This document shows, one piece after another, positions 17,644-28,981 of a stretch of 64,000 bases of DNA. A model generated the notes under the pieces. That model was given only the letters and a program-made list of their open reading frames with translations, had not been told where the DNA came from and made no database searches. Made by a program: the position numbers and the translations under genes. The DNA is from Desulfatiglandales bacterium. GTDB lineage: Bacteria; Desulfobacterota; DSM-4660; Desulfatiglandales; Desulfatiglandaceae. Position 1 is the first letter of the stretch, and every line of letters begins with the position of its first letter. Location: NCBI GenBank assembly GCA_963666345.1, contig OY762721.1, positions 2,656,001 to 2,720,000 on the forward strand, written 5' to 3'.

Positions 17644-18831
17644 ATGACAGACTATCTGATCGTGGGTAACGGCGTGGCAGGTACGACAGCGGCGGAAAAT
17701 ATTCTCAACAGGGACAGGGAAGCGAAAATAACCATTTTAACTGAAGAGGATACCCCGTTTTACAATAGAATGAAACTAAACGATCTTGTCTCCAAAGAGC
17801 TTACAGAAGAAAAGCTGATTATGAAGAAGGACTCCTGGTACAGGGACAATAATATCGATATCAGGCTTAACACTCGAATAGTGACCGCAGATCCCAATAA
17901 AAGGAGCGTAACCGCGGAAAGCGGTTCAACCTTTTCCTATGATCGATTGCTTCTTGCCACAGGGAGTCATTCCTTTATACCCCCCATAAAAGGCTCTGAT
18001 CAGAAAGGAGTGGTTGCCCTCAGAAACATAAACGATGCCAGGAAGATCTCCGAACTTGCGGAAAAGGTTGAAAATGTGGTTCTGATAGGTGGAGGCCTGC
18101 TGGGGCTTGAGTCAGGCAAGGCTTTGAGGAACCTGGGAAAATCGGTTACCGTGGTGGAATTCTTCCCCAGGCTTCTGCCGCGGCAGCTTGACCTGAAAGG
18201 GGCCAAGGTGCTGGAGGGAATAATGGGGGATATGGGTTTTTCCTTCAGGCTGGGGGCCAAAACTGAGGAGATCGCAGGGGAAACCGGTGTGAAAGAGGTC
18301 CTGCTTGAAGGTGGAGAAGCGCTTGCCGCCGAGATGGTGGTAATATCCGCGGGCGTACGCCCCAACATGGAACTGGCAGGGCCGCTGGGCCTTGAAAAAG
18401 ACAAGGGCGTAAAGGTCGATGATTTTCTAATGACGAGTGTTGATGATATCTTCGCGGCCGGAGACGTGGCGGAATACCGGGGCATGCCCTATGGTATATG
18501 GCCCGCCTCTATGGAGCAGGGCAGGATCGCTGGAGTTAACATGGCGGGGGGTAATGAATCTTATAGCGGTACAACCATGGCAAACACCCTCAAAGTGGTC
18601 GGTGTCGATCTTGCCTCTGCCGGAGATATAGATGCCGAAGAAAAACTGGATTCCGAGGTTTTTTCAGAGGGAAATATTTACAAAAAACTGGTCTTTGACA
18701 AGGGCCGGATTACAGGCTGCATAATGCTCGGTGACACAAAGGATTTCAGCCGGATAACAAAGGCCATGAATGATAACCGGGACGTGTCACGGATAAGGCA
18801 TGAAATACTCAAAAACGGGTTAAAGGGCTAG
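17644..18831 (+). CDS. FAD/NAD(P)H-dependent oxidoreductase (NADH:rubredoxin oxidoreductase / NirB N-terminal-like)
   Basis: IVGNGVAG, LLLATGS, IGGGLLGLE, AGVRPN, FAAGDVAE. Confidence 0.9.
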   Translation: MTDYLIVGNGVAGTTAAENILNRDREAKITILTEEDTPFYNRMKLNDLVSKELTEEKLIMKKDSWYRDNNIDIRLNTRIVTADPNKRSVTAESGSTFSYDRLLLATGSHSFIPPIKGSDQKGVVALRNINDARKISELAEKVENVVLIGGGLLGLESGKALRNLGKSVTVVEFFPRLLPRQLDLKGAKVLEGIMGDMGFSFRLGAKTEEIAGETGVKEVLLEGGEALAAEMVVISAGVRPNMELAGPLGLEKDKGVKVDDFLMTSVDDIFAAGDVAEYRGMPYGIWPASMEQGRIAGVNMAGGNESYSGTTMANTLKVVGVDLASAGDIDAEEKLDSEVFSEGNIYKKLVFDKGRITGCIMLGDTKDFSRITKAMNDNRDVSRIRHEILKNGLKG

Positions 18832-18923
18832 AGGATTTAAATATTTAGGCGAAATGCCCCTATTATCCGCCTTGCCCGTTAGGCTGGTTGACCGATTGGT
18901 CAGCCTATTGACGAATTTATCTT

Positions 18924-19691
18924 ATGAGATCTTTTGGGTTTGTAACGACCTTATTACTGCTTTTTCAGATATTTGCAACCGCTGGGAACGGGGCGGCATC
19001 TGAAATGCCTTTTTCCCCGGGCGAGAGGCTTACGTTCAAGGTGCGATGGACGGTTATCCCGGCCGGTGATGTTACCCTTGAGGTCTTTCCTGATAAGCGG
19101 ATTAAGGGGAAACCCTGTCATCACTTTATAATGAAGGCAAAAACGACCCGTTTTGCGGACTACTTTTACAAGGTCCGCGACAGGATCGATTCCTATGCGG
19201 AAAAGGAAATGAAAAGGGCCGTCCTCTATAGGAAGAGAAAAGAGGGAAAGAGTAAAAGGGATGTGACGGTTGATTTCGACTGGCAAAGGCAGCAGGTCGT
19301 CTATTCCAATTTCGGGCGGAAGGGCTCCCCGGTTGATATAAGACCAGGCACCTTTGACCCCTTATCGGTCTTCTACGCGTTTCGCAACATGAAGCTTTCC
19401 CCGGGGAAAGTCCTTACCCTCTATGTAAGTGACGGCAAAAAAATCGTCCTCGGCACCGCAAAGGTTTTGACGAGGGAAAAGATAGATGCCTGTGGCAAGG
19501 TGTATGACTCTTTCCTTGTAGAACCCGCCCTGGAACATCTCGGGGGCGTCTTTGAAAAGAGCAGGGACGCGAAACTCAGGATATGGGTGACCGCCGATGA
19601 AAAAAAGATCCCTGTCAGGATAGAAAGCGAAGTAATGGTAGGCAGTTTTGTCGCCGAACTTATCCGCCATGAGCAGGTCAAGATCAAATGA
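18924..19691 (+). CDS. Exported DUF3108-family protein
   Basis: Signal peptide; F.PGERL.F.V.W, DPLS.FY, RIWVT.D..KIPVRI. Confidence 0.8.
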   Translation: MRSFGFVTTLLLLFQIFATAGNGAASEMPFSPGERLTFKVRWTVIPAGDVTLEVFPDKRIKGKPCHHFIMKAKTTRFADYFYKVRDRIDSYAEKEMKRAVLYRKRKEGKSKRDVTVDFDWQRQQVVYSNFGRKGSPVDIRPGTFDPLSVFYAFRNMKLSPGKVLTLYVSDGKKIVLGTAKVLTREKIDACGKVYDSFLVEPALEHLGGVFEKSRDAKLRIWVTADEKKIPVRIESEVMVGSFVAELIRHEQVKIK

Positions 19692-19744
19692 ACTTCACCG
19701 CGTCATACTCCTGTTTTGTGAGGCCGGCTGCCGTGGTTCGCTTT

Positions 19745-20269
19745 TTATCTCACCGGTTTTTGCCACTCCTTTGCAAAGATCTTTGCTATCTTGGCCACCT
19801 GTCCCTGGTCTATCTTTAAGGCCTTTGCGATTTCCTCATAAAGCTTATTCCTGTCTCTGTTTTCCGCGTCAATCAGAGATCTTAGCGCCCTTTTTTCCTT
19901 AAGGCCCAGGTCGCCCCCCTTTAAAGAGACAAACCCGTCAGGTCCTTCATCCAACAGCCCCTTCTGGTAGAAAGGCTTGAGGCTTACATATCTGTTTTTC
20001 ATGCTCTGCTTCAGTGCCCTGATCGTCGGATTGGAGACCTCCGTAATCTCGTCCGCATGGGCGACAGGGGCAATAAAGGCATAGATAATATTTTCCAGAG
20101 AAGAACTCTTGTCCTTTTCCCGGCTTTCCCCCCTTATCTCGTTGACTATTTCTCCTGCCACCGATTCCACCTTTTCGGCAGGAAAATATATATTGATGGT
20201 CACACAGGCAAATATAAAAAATGAGCCTAAAACAGATGCGATCAAGAGCCTTTTTCCGTTTGCCTTCAT
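19745..20269 (-). CDS. YdbL (DUF1318) family lipoprotein with a YnbE-like N-terminus
   Basis: Lipobox IFAC followed by VTINIYFPA; C-terminal ENRDR..LY.EIA...FAKEW; follows a YdbH-like gene. Confidence 0.75.
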   Translation of the reverse strand: MKANGKRLLIASVLGSFFIFACVTINIYFPAEKVESVAGEIVNEIRGESREKDKSSSLENIIYAFIAPVAHADEITEVSNPTIRALKQSMKNRYVSLKPFYQKGLLDEGPDGFVSLKGGDLGLKEKRALRSLIDAENRDRNKLYEEIAKALKIDQGQVAKIAKIFAKEWQKPVR

Positions 20270-20338
20270 AATCCCCTCCAAATTCCGAGCCGTCAACTCG
20301 CCGTTTTCAGTATCTCAAATTCTGCCCCCTCAAACAAC

Positions 20339-23300
20339 CTACCTCACCATAGTCGGGGAGCCTCCTTTTGTAACCCTTTTTATCCTTTTCACCATATCCT
20401 TGAAACTTATACGGTTGTCAGGATTCTGATTTACTATATTTACGCCTGAAAAACTACCCCTTTTGACAATATACTCCTTATCCTCTTCCTTGATGGTCCC
20501 GTTTATTCTGAATGTATCATTTTCCAGAAAGGCCCTGACCCCGATCTTTTCATAGGGAAATTCCTTGAAAAGGGATGATATGGCCCCTGCCAGTCCGATA
20601 AAGGGACTCTGTCCCCCCCCGATTCTGGCTATGTTGTCTACGGCCTTTACGCTTATTTTCTGTTTCACGCCCTTTTTTTCAATCGTTTCAAGAAGCAGAT
20701 CAAATCTCTGAGGCTGACCGTACGCAAATTCAAGATCATTTACATGTCCCTCAAGAGTCCCTTCAATTTTCCCGAAAGATGTACCGGTTGTCATCTCGGC
20801 CAGGTCCAGGCCGTTCAGGCCTGCGTCAAATGAGATAAGCGGTCCCTTGCTGAATACGGAGGCGGCGGCGATATCCGAGAAAACAATTTGCCCTCCAAAG
20901 ATTTCAGCACTGATTTTACCTTTGGCAGTCATGCGGTTGTTACTGAATCTTACAGGGTCAAGCTCTCCTTTTATTGTCCCGTCAGCCCTTTTAAAAGCCG
21001 TTTCAGACATAAAAGGCCTTGTTTCAAGATTATCGATTTTGATGCTTGATTCGACTGAAGGGCTGGGGCCGAAAATGCCTGAAAATGAGACAGGTCCGAT
21101 CAAGACGGTTCCTCCGTGTGTCGATACCGCGGTTGATGATTCTATAAAAAGGGAATTTGGTCCTGCCTTCAAAGGGGAAGAGAAAGACTGCTTTGAGATA
21201 AAAGGCATCTTTACCGACCCTATCTTGAGGTTGCCTGAAGGGGATACTGTTGCCGCACCCGGTTTCCCCTTTTGAATCCAGACCGGCAGGTCTAGAGAAA
21301 GATCCTCAAGTTTAATTTTTTCTCCCGCGTGTGAAAGCTCCCCTTTCTTCCAGTGAAAGTGGCCGAAAATACGGGTATCGTCTTTCCCTTTTTTTGCCTC
21401 AAACCGGGCGGAGATTGTTCCCGCCGCCTTGATGGACTCCAGTTCCGGTTTTTCAGCCTTGAACGGTTCAACTACAAACATCCGGAAGAGAGGATAAACC
21501 GGTGCGTCATGGATATCTATATCTATATCCCCTGTTGTTAAACCAGGCCCCAGGATGCAATTTCCTCCAAGATCAACCCTGAACATATCCTTTAGCGTGA
21601 CATTCGTTTCACTGATTTCCAGCGCCTTTTCATCTATCCTGTAGGTTCCCCTGAGATCCGAGGTCAGGGCTGTTTTCCCCAGGTCCAGATAGAACCTGTC
21701 ATATAGGACCTCCCCTTCCTTTAATCTGACTGATGTATCAAATGAAAAGGCGTTCCGGTCGATTCCGTACCCGGCCTTTATAAAAAAAGAGGACTTAAGC
21801 CCCTCCCCCATGAACACGGCCTTAGGGTCCTCAAAGTCAAACCTGTTCAACTCCAGCCCGGCCTTTAAGATCCAGTTGTTTGCATCCTCTCTTTCGGCGT
21901 CTAAAAAAAATGTGTCCAGGCCCTTTAATTTCCATCCCTCAGGGATAATGCCGTATGAGTTCGCTAATTCAACAACCCCGGTGTTGCTTCCTTTAACCCT
22001 GAGCTCGAATGTCCTGTCTCCCCTTTGCCCTGAAAGCCGCAGGTTTTTCAGCAGGTCTGAACTGATTGAAATATCGGGCAGGTTGAATGCCTTTGTCCTG
22101 GAATCAAAAGAGCCTCTTTTTGAAGATATTTCAACGGCCTTTAAATTAATGGGCTTTTCCCTTGCGGTAATATCCAGGTTCGGCACGGTTAATGCGAAAT
22201 CTTCCAGATCAAAGAGCGGGAACCTGCCGTTAATCTTGAATCTTGCCTTAAATGGAAACGCTCTGAACGCAGTTGATTCCAGCCTGCCGTCTATTGCTTC
22301 GAGATTGATATCGAGATCCGGATTCGTGACCTCCCCTTTGGCTGCTATCTCTCCTTTGATCGTGCCCCGGATCTTATAGCCGCCCGATGAAAAGAAGGCT
22401 CGATTGCCGTTGAGAAAGGTCTTTAAGCTACAGTCCCATTTCCAGGCATGATCCCTTCTGAGCCCTTGCACTCGGCCCTTTATGCGGATCTGTCCCTCTA
22501 AATCGGAGCCCCCGATCAGATGTTTTGTCTTTTCAGACAGAAATTTATCAAACCTTGATGGAAAGAAAATGCCCTCTCTGATCTCAACGGAGACAGAACC
22601 CTGACCCCTTAAATCCGCCCTGGCCGACCCTTGAAGATCAAAGAGGCCCTTTGAATTGATACTGAACCGGTTCGCATGAATATCAAGCTTTTGCAGATCC
22701 GCAATACCACTAATCTCGGCCTCCAGGTCCTGCAGCGAAAGATCTTTCCCCTTGCCGGAAACAGATATCTTCGCTGCCTTGAGGCATGCCTTCACACCAG
22801 GCCTGAAGATATCTCCAATGACCTCCATATCAGCCGATAGGTCCCCGAATATTTTATCCCCATTCTGCAAAATGAGGGAGTACCTGTTTTCAAGAAGGAG
22901 GTTAAGGTCTGATCTGCCGGTAACTTTTCCCCCCTCTTTTATTAATTCCAGAGCGCCGTGGATACTGCAGGGGCCGGATACCTGAAAACCGTTATTTTTG
23001 TCTGAAAACGTTCCTGTTCCGTTAATTTCAAGGGGCCTGCATTGCAGTCTTTGCTTTTTATAATCATAACTTATGTTTGAGTTGATGTTGAGGTTCTCCA
23101 GTTTAAGGCCCGGTTTGCTGAAGGCCGCACCGGATGACTTAATGCGGGCACTGACCTCGGGCGTGACAAGCGAGATTGAACTGTTGGTGGCTATTTTTAA
23201 ACCGGGCAGAGTGAGTTCCATACCCTTTCCAGCAATGGATGCCCTTGCATCACAGGCTATTTCAATGAGGTTTTCTTCATTCATGTGTCCGTTTATTTTT

Positions 23301-23821
23301 GAGATTACGATCTCGTCCATGCCGGAATGGAATTTGAGGTCGCCGTCAGAGACCTCAATCTTTCTGAATTCAATTTCCCTGAAAAAAAACAGGGCTGTGA
23401 GGCCTCTGATGAGCCTTGAAAAAAAGGTGTTTCCCGGCCTTCCGCCCGGCAATGCACTCCGCCGGTCTAATTTTATAACCGGGTCCCTTAAGGCGATCCT
23501 TTCGATTATCAGCCTTTTTTTGCCGAAAGAGCCCTCGCGGTGAATATCAACGGTAATCTCAGGGATAGATGCGCCGGTTACCTCCTCATCTTTGATAGGC
23601 CTGAGGGTTAATCCCTTTAAACTGAAATTAACGGGAAAAAGGGAATATTCAAATGCCTTGATCCCGGCCTGCGCACCGCTGGCGCTCGCAATGCCTTTTT
23701 CGATCAGATGTCTTGTCCTTTCAGGACTGGAAAGGTAGTAGGACAGTACCCCCGCAATAGACAGGAGGGCTATGGAGAAAAGGGTCAAAAGGGATATTAT
23801 GATTTTTTTCTTAGCGCTCAT
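20339..23821 (-). CDS. Large AsmA-like/YdbH-type intermembrane lipid-bridge protein
   Basis: 1160 aa, single N-terminal TM anchor, long beta-rich repetitive sequence, adjacent to a YdbL-like gene. Confidence 0.7.
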   Translation of the reverse strand: MSAKKKIIISLLTLFSIALLSIAGVLSYYLSSPERTRHLIEKGIASASGAQAGIKAFEYSLFPVNFSLKGLTLRPIKDEEVTGASIPEITVDIHREGSFGKKRLIIERIALRDPVIKLDRRSALPGGRPGNTFFSRLIRGLTALFFFREIEFRKIEVSDGDLKFHSGMDEIVISKINGHMNEENLIEIACDARASIAGKGMELTLPGLKIATNSSISLVTPEVSARIKSSGAAFSKPGLKLENLNINSNISYDYKKQRLQCRPLEINGTGTFSDKNNGFQVSGPCSIHGALELIKEGGKVTGRSDLNLLLENRYSLILQNGDKIFGDLSADMEVIGDIFRPGVKACLKAAKISVSGKGKDLSLQDLEAEISGIADLQKLDIHANRFSINSKGLFDLQGSARADLRGQGSVSVEIREGIFFPSRFDKFLSEKTKHLIGGSDLEGQIRIKGRVQGLRRDHAWKWDCSLKTFLNGNRAFFSSGGYKIRGTIKGEIAAKGEVTNPDLDINLEAIDGRLESTAFRAFPFKARFKINGRFPLFDLEDFALTVPNLDITAREKPINLKAVEISSKRGSFDSRTKAFNLPDISISSDLLKNLRLSGQRGDRTFELRVKGSNTGVVELANSYGIIPEGWKLKGLDTFFLDAEREDANNWILKAGLELNRFDFEDPKAVFMGEGLKSSFFIKAGYGIDRNAFSFDTSVRLKEGEVLYDRFYLDLGKTALTSDLRGTYRIDEKALEISETNVTLKDMFRVDLGGNCILGPGLTTGDIDIDIHDAPVYPLFRMFVVEPFKAEKPELESIKAAGTISARFEAKKGKDDTRIFGHFHWKKGELSHAGEKIKLEDLSLDLPVWIQKGKPGAATVSPSGNLKIGSVKMPFISKQSFSSPLKAGPNSLFIESSTAVSTHGGTVLIGPVSFSGIFGPSPSVESSIKIDNLETRPFMSETAFKRADGTIKGELDPVRFSNNRMTAKGKISAEIFGGQIVFSDIAAASVFSKGPLISFDAGLNGLDLAEMTTGTSFGKIEGTLEGHVNDLEFAYGQPQRFDLLLETIEKKGVKQKISVKAVDNIARIGGGQSPFIGLAGAISSLFKEFPYEKIGVRAFLENDTFRINGTIKEEDKEYIVKRGSFSGVNIVNQNPDNRISFKDMVKRIKRVTKGGSPTMVR

Positions 23822-24120
23822 CGCTGTTGCTCAATCAGCCTGTCAGCTGGATGTTTGAAAGGCGTAAACGAGTGATTCCAAAAGCATAGGCCAAACAAAC
23901 CGATGCGTAAAGAAGAAACCTGCGCAGGCCCTGTCTCCCCCTGTTTCATAAAGCATTTCACCTTTATTATCGATTATGTTAGACAGTACGAAATCGGGCC
24001 TTGACAAATAAGGCCCATTATTTTCATGGAGAACCGGCTGAAATTCCCGGGCCGTTTATCTGCTGCGATAAACCCGATAATGAGCACAAACGGGACTTTG
24101 ATAGAGGTCGGAACCTGATA

Positions 24121-25092
24121 ATGACTCAAGACAGAAAAACGGAACAGGAACCATTGAAGACTTATGCGTGGCGCAATCGCATGTCAATCCTTATCACAAC
24201 CGTTCTGGGATTAATCCTCCTTTCAGCCGGGCTTGTTAAGGGGACCGACATGGGCCTGTTTGCGAGACAGATAGCTGCATACGGTCTGGTCTCACAATCT
24301 GTTCTTATATTTGTGGGCGCCTGGTTCCTTGTGGCGTTTGAATGCCTAATCGGCGCGGGGCTTATAGCCAGATATCGCCTCAGTCTTTTGTTGATTCTGG
24401 CTTTCGGGCTTTTCAGCATATTTCTGGGGGTTACAGTCTGGGCGTGGCTGGCGGGAACTGCAGAAGAGTGCGGCTGTTTCGGGCCCTGGATGAGACACAG
24501 TCCGTATGAAGAGGCGGTTCAAAATTTATTTCTACTGCTTCTGATCGGTTTCGCGTTTTTCAGCAGCAGGGGCAGCAAAGCCGGAACAGGAAAGGCCGGG
24601 GCAGTTTTTGTTTGTCTGGCTTTTTCAACAGGCCTTTTGATGCCTCTTTTCACGGGATTGCCTTTGCCTGAAGGCAGGGAAACGGCCGGTGCAATCACCG
24701 CAAGACCGAGCGCAAAAGATGTGGAGGTCTACGGAATAAAGAATTTCAATCTTTCAGAGGGGACATGTCTGGTCGTTCTCATGCAGACCGATTGCCGGCA
24801 CTGCAAAGAATCCCTTGAGCGGATGGAAATACTTTCAGATGCCCCCGGGCTTCCCGGACTTGTGGGCCTCTGTCCTGACGAAGAGGAAGAAAGACTCAGA
24901 TTCATCGATGAATTCATGCCTGTTTTTCCGTTCGGCCGGATAAGTGAGGACGACTTCTGGCGTCTTCTGGAGGATAGTGAAACTCCGCGGCTTCTGATTT
25001 TTCAAGATGGAAAGGTTGTGCACGCATGGAATGGAAATATGCCCGGCATTGAAGCGGTCAAAAAAGCTGTTTCTTCAAAAAGCGATCTATAA
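24121..25092 (+). CDS. MauE/DoxX-family membrane protein with C-terminal thioredoxin-like domain
   Basis: TM segments, ECGCFG motif, C-terminal DCRHC. Confidence 0.75.
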   Translation: MTQDRKTEQEPLKTYAWRNRMSILITTVLGLILLSAGLVKGTDMGLFARQIAAYGLVSQSVLIFVGAWFLVAFECLIGAGLIARYRLSLLLILAFGLFSIFLGVTVWAWLAGTAEECGCFGPWMRHSPYEEAVQNLFLLLLIGFAFFSSRGSKAGTGKAGAVFVCLAFSTGLLMPLFTGLPLPEGRETAGAITARPSAKDVEVYGIKNFNLSEGTCLVVLMQTDCRHCKESLERMEILSDAPGLPGLVGLCPDEEEERLRFIDEFMPVFPFGRISEDDFWRLLEDSETPRLLIFQDGKVVHAWNGNMPGIEAVKKAVSSKSDL

Positions 25093-25219
25093 GGAGCAGG
25101 CGGCCGGGAAAGGCGTCGCTCATCGCCTGCAGATACCTTGCTGATACTCAGGGATCCTCCCAAATCCAGCGCTTTCACCTATCTGACTCAGACGGTTGAT
25201 TTGGGGACGCCGTCATTAT

Positions 25220-25249
25220 TTGACCTGCCGGCCTATATATTAATATAAT
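25220..25249 (+). promoter_or_regulatory. Putative sigma70 promoter of gmd-fcl
   Basis: TTGACC (25220-25225), 18-nt spacer, TATAAT (25244-25249). Confidence 0.5.
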
Positions 25250-25345
25250 GTAGCAGGGCAGGCTGCCGTTCAACCCTGGTACGGACGGAATTAAACCTGA
25301 CAATAGCGGCAACAGCAGTAAATAAATCAAGAGAGGCTACCAGAT

Positions 25346-26431
25346 ATGAAACGAGCTTTAATAACCGGAATTACAGGTCAGGATGGGGCGTATCTGGCCG
25401 AATTTTTGCTCAATAAAGGCTATGAAGTTCATGGCATAAAGAGACGTTCATCCTCTTTCAATACCGCCCGTGTCGACCACCTTTACAAGGATCCCCATGA
25501 GGAAGGTGTACGGTTTTTAATGCATTACGGGGACCTGACCGATGCGACAAACCTTATAAGGGTTATTCAGGAGATTCGGCCGGAAGAGATCTACAATCTG
25601 GCGGCCCAGAGCCACGTGCAGGTCTCCTTTGAAACACCCGAGTACACGGCAAACGCGGATGCGCTCGGTACACTGCGAATACTTGAGGCGATTCGAGTGC
25701 TGGGGATGGAAAGGCAGACAAAATTTTACCAGGCCTCTACCTCGGAGCTGTTCGGAAAGGTGCGGGAGGTACCGCAAAAGGAGACTACCCCCTTCTACCC
25801 CCGCTCACCTTATGCGGCAGCCAAAATATATGCATACTGGATAACGGTCAACTACAGGGAGGCGTATGGCATTTTTGCATGTAACGGCATACTGTTTAAT
25901 CATGAATCTCCGATAAGGGGCGAGACCTTTGTCACCCGCAAGATCACCAGGGCACTTGCAAGGATAAAACTGGGCCTTCAGGACCGGTTGTACCTGGGCA
26001 ATTTGAACGCGAAAAGGGACTGGGGTCACGCAAAGGACTATGTGGAGATGCAGTGGCTCATGCTCCAGCAGGATGAACCGGATGATTTTGTGATTGCAAC
26101 GGGAACGCAGCACTCCGTAAGGGAATTTGTGGAATACGCGGCCAAGGAGCTGGGGATCGATATCAGGTGGCATGGCGGGGGTGTGGATGAAACAGGCATT
26201 AATTCCGAGACCGGAAAGACAATCATCTCGGTTGATCCCCGCTACTTCAGGCCTACCGAGGTCGAAACGCTCCTGGGCGACCCCACCAAGGCAAAGGAAA
26301 AACTCGGATGGACTCCCAAGATCACCTTTCAGGAACTTGTCTCGGAGATGGTAAGGGAGGATTTGAAAGAGGCTGAACGGGATGAGCTCTGCAGGACGGA
26401 AGGGTTTCGCACGTTCAACCACTTTGAGTAG
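25346..26431 (+). CDS. gmd: GDP-mannose 4,6-dehydratase
   Basis: [41 protein letters not shown]. Confidence 0.97.
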   Translation: MKRALITGITGQDGAYLAEFLLNKGYEVHGIKRRSSSFNTARVDHLYKDPHEEGVRFLMHYGDLTDATNLIRVIQEIRPEEIYNLAAQSHVQVSFETPEYTANADALGTLRILEAIRVLGMERQTKFYQASTSELFGKVREVPQKETTPFYPRSPYAAAKIYAYWITVNYREAYGIFACNGILFNHESPIRGETFVTRKITRALARIKLGLQDRLYLGNLNAKRDWGHAKDYVEMQWLMLQQDEPDDFVIATGTQHSVREFVEYAAKELGIDIRWHGGGVDETGINSETGKTIISVDPRYFRPTEVETLLGDPTKAKEKLGWTPKITFQELVSEMVREDLKEAERDELCRTEGFRTFNHFE

Positions 26432-26537
26432 GCCTTTAGAGGTTAAGTTCGACGTTCCTTTATCGTATGAAAACCGGCTCAAAAGCTGAACACTTTTTAA
26501 ACGACCTTATAAATCTTTTAAGGGGAATAGGTGTTAA

Positions 26538-27683
26538 ATGAAGAATATCTCTGAAAACCGATCTTCATCTGAGCCCCGATCCTCAAGGATCTGTGAGGAT
26601 TCGCCTGTTTTTGTCGCGGGTCATCGCGGATTAGTGGGCTCTGCAATCGTTCGAAAGCTTGGTTCCGAAGGCTGCAGAAACCTTATTACCAGGACCCATG
26701 ATGAACTCGATCTTATGGATCAGAAGGCTGTGGCGGAATTTTTCCGGAAACAAAGGCCTGAATATGTGTTCCTTGCCGCTGCAAAGGTCGGTGGCATAAA
26801 CGCCAATAACCGATATCCCGCCGAATTCATATATAATAACCTGTTGATCCAAACGAATGTCATTCACCAGGCCTATCTGCATAATGTAAGCAGGCTCCTT
26901 TTTCTTGGCAGTTCCTGTATATATCCCAGGATGGCACCTCAGCCTCTTAAGGAAGAATACCTGATGACAGGCCCTCTCGAGCCTACCAATTCACCATATG
27001 CGGTCGCAAAGATCGCCGGCATAGAAATGTGCTGGTCCTATAACAGACAATATGGAACGCGGTTCATTCCCGTCATGCCTGCAAACCTGTACGGGCCTGA
27101 CGATAATTATGATCTTGAAACATCTCACGTGCTTCCGGCCTTGATACGCAAATTTCACCTTGCAAAACTTGCAACTCAGGACGACCTGGATGGAATCGAA
27201 CAGGATAAAGACACCTACGGCCCGATCCCTGAGGATATAAGATCAAACCTGGCGGATATCATTCAGGCGGGCAGTTCATCTGAAAAGACAAATGATTCCG
27301 TCATTCACCTCTGGGGGACAGGTTCCCCACGCAGGGAGTTTCTCCATGTGGATGATCTGGCGGATGCGGCCGTATTTCTGATGAATCGACCCTGGGACAG
27401 CCTGGAAAAGGCATACGGTAAAGGCCGTTCCTCACTGCTTTTCAATGTCGGTGCGGGGGAAGACTTGAGCATAAAGGAACTTGCGGATCTGGTTTCGGCT
27501 GTGGTCGGCTACAAGGGATCTATTGCCTGGGATTCGACAAAACCTGATGGAACCCCCCGGAAACTTCTCGACGTGACGAAAATGGAGTCTATCGGATGGA
27601 AGTGGAGAACAACCCTTGAAAAGGGAATAAAGGAAACATACGAGAAATATTTAAGGAATGAGACTGGCAAGATAATCGCATGA
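26538..27683 (+). CDS. fcl: GDP-L-fucose synthase
   Basis: AGHRGLVGSA, AAAKVGGI, GSSCIYP, YAVAK, SHVLPAL, WGTGSPRREF. Confidence 0.95.
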   Translation: MKNISENRSSSEPRSSRICEDSPVFVAGHRGLVGSAIVRKLGSEGCRNLITRTHDELDLMDQKAVAEFFRKQRPEYVFLAAAKVGGINANNRYPAEFIYNNLLIQTNVIHQAYLHNVSRLLFLGSSCIYPRMAPQPLKEEYLMTGPLEPTNSPYAVAKIAGIEMCWSYNRQYGTRFIPVMPANLYGPDDNYDLETSHVLPALIRKFHLAKLATQDDLDGIEQDKDTYGPIPEDIRSNLADIIQAGSSSEKTNDSVIHLWGTGSPRREFLHVDDLADAAVFLMNRPWDSLEKAYGKGRSSLLFNVGAGEDLSIKELADLVSAVVGYKGSIAWDSTKPDGTPRKLLDVTKMESIGWKWRTTLEKGIKETYEKYLRNETGKIIA

Positions 27684-28009
27684 TATTTAAAGGCCTTTTC
27701 CCTGCCTATGTCATTCCGACCCGAATCCCGTTCAGATCAGAGGCCGCCTTGGGTTGTCCCGGTCTTTTGGGTTGTGAATTTTTACATTTTGGTTTTTAAT
27801 GATGTGGAAATGTCCGGATCATCTCACGATTAATCGGCCTTAAACAGGGCTCAATAAGGAGCCCCGCTTCAGGGATATCCGGAATCAAGGCAAAATTATC
27901 AAATAATCAAGGGTACGGCAGCGATCGAAAGGATGTCAAGGTGCTCATAAGGTCGCCGGCAAATACCTCGCTTGACCCTATGTGCCCAATATCTTATCCG
28001 GAGGAACAG

Positions 28010-28780
28010 ATGTCCTTGGGGTATGTTTTTCCATCAAGAATGCCTGCTGGCGCGATTATTGTCTTTTTTTTAATATCTTTTTGCTCTATGTCCGTCATGT
28101 CCGGATGCGTGGAGGAAAAAGAGGGCAAGGTCGATAATCAGGGCGGGGTCGTACGTTTCAAGATACGAGCCGCACGGGCTGTCGCAAAAAAAGAGCCGGC
28201 CGATGAGACGGTAAAACAGGTTCATGATGTAAGGCCGGCCATGTCTGTTGAGGATAAAAGAGAAGACCGGAACAGGGTTGAAAAAGAAGGCATATACACC
28301 GTAAAAAAGGGTGAAAGCCTCTATTCAATAGCGGAAAAAGAGGATGTATACGGAAACCCGTTGAAATGGATAAGCCTTTTTCGCCTGAACCTTGAGCGGT
28401 TGAAGGATGCAGGGGGGGCCGGTGATATCCGGCATGAAATACTCAAGGAGGGGATGGAACTCAGATATATCACTCCTGAAGACGCTGAAAAGGCCCTTTC
28501 GCATTTCCAGGGTAAAGGGTGGGTGGTAAATGTCCTGTCTTCGCAGGTTTCGGGAAAGATAGTACCTGCCGCCAAAGCCCTCATAAAGGAGGGTTACAAG
28601 GTTTACATATCCGAGGCGCGGGTCAGGGGGGAAAACTGGCTGCGGCTCCGTATAGGCTTTTATGGAGATTCAGCTGATGCTGCAAAAGATTCAATAAAAA
28701 TAATGAGTATCGCAGGTGTCAGTGATGCCTGGGTGACAAAGGCGGATGAAAAGGAAATCAGGGAATATGGGGGCTTTTGA
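28010..28780 (+). CDS. LysM + SPOR domain lipoprotein
   Basis: MSGC lipobox, YTVKKGESLYSIA LysM, C-terminal SPOR-like WVVNV.S..WLRLRIG; GGAGG RBS before ATG 28010. Confidence 0.75.
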   Translation: MSLGYVFPSRMPAGAIIVFFLISFCSMSVMSGCVEEKEGKVDNQGGVVRFKIRAARAVAKKEPADETVKQVHDVRPAMSVEDKREDRNRVEKEGIYTVKKGESLYSIAEKEDVYGNPLKWISLFRLNLERLKDAGGAGDIRHEILKEGMELRYITPEDAEKALSHFQGKGWVVNVLSSQVSGKIVPAAKALIKEGYKVYISEARVRGENWLRLRIGFYGDSADAAKDSIKIMSIAGVSDAWVTKADEKEIREYGGF

Positions 28781-28981
28781 CCCGGCATCCAGGCCCCTGT
28801 TCTCAGATTTTTGGTCCTTCTCCCGACTTACCGGTCTTAAACAGGGCCGAACAAGGAGATTTTCCTTAAGTTGTGCAGGTGTAAACTCCTTGGGTCCTTA
28901 AAATCTCTTCTGCAAGTTGGGGAAGGAAACTGAAATTTAGACGGCAGCTTCATAAAGGCTTTTTTGAAAGGTGAGGCAGGC

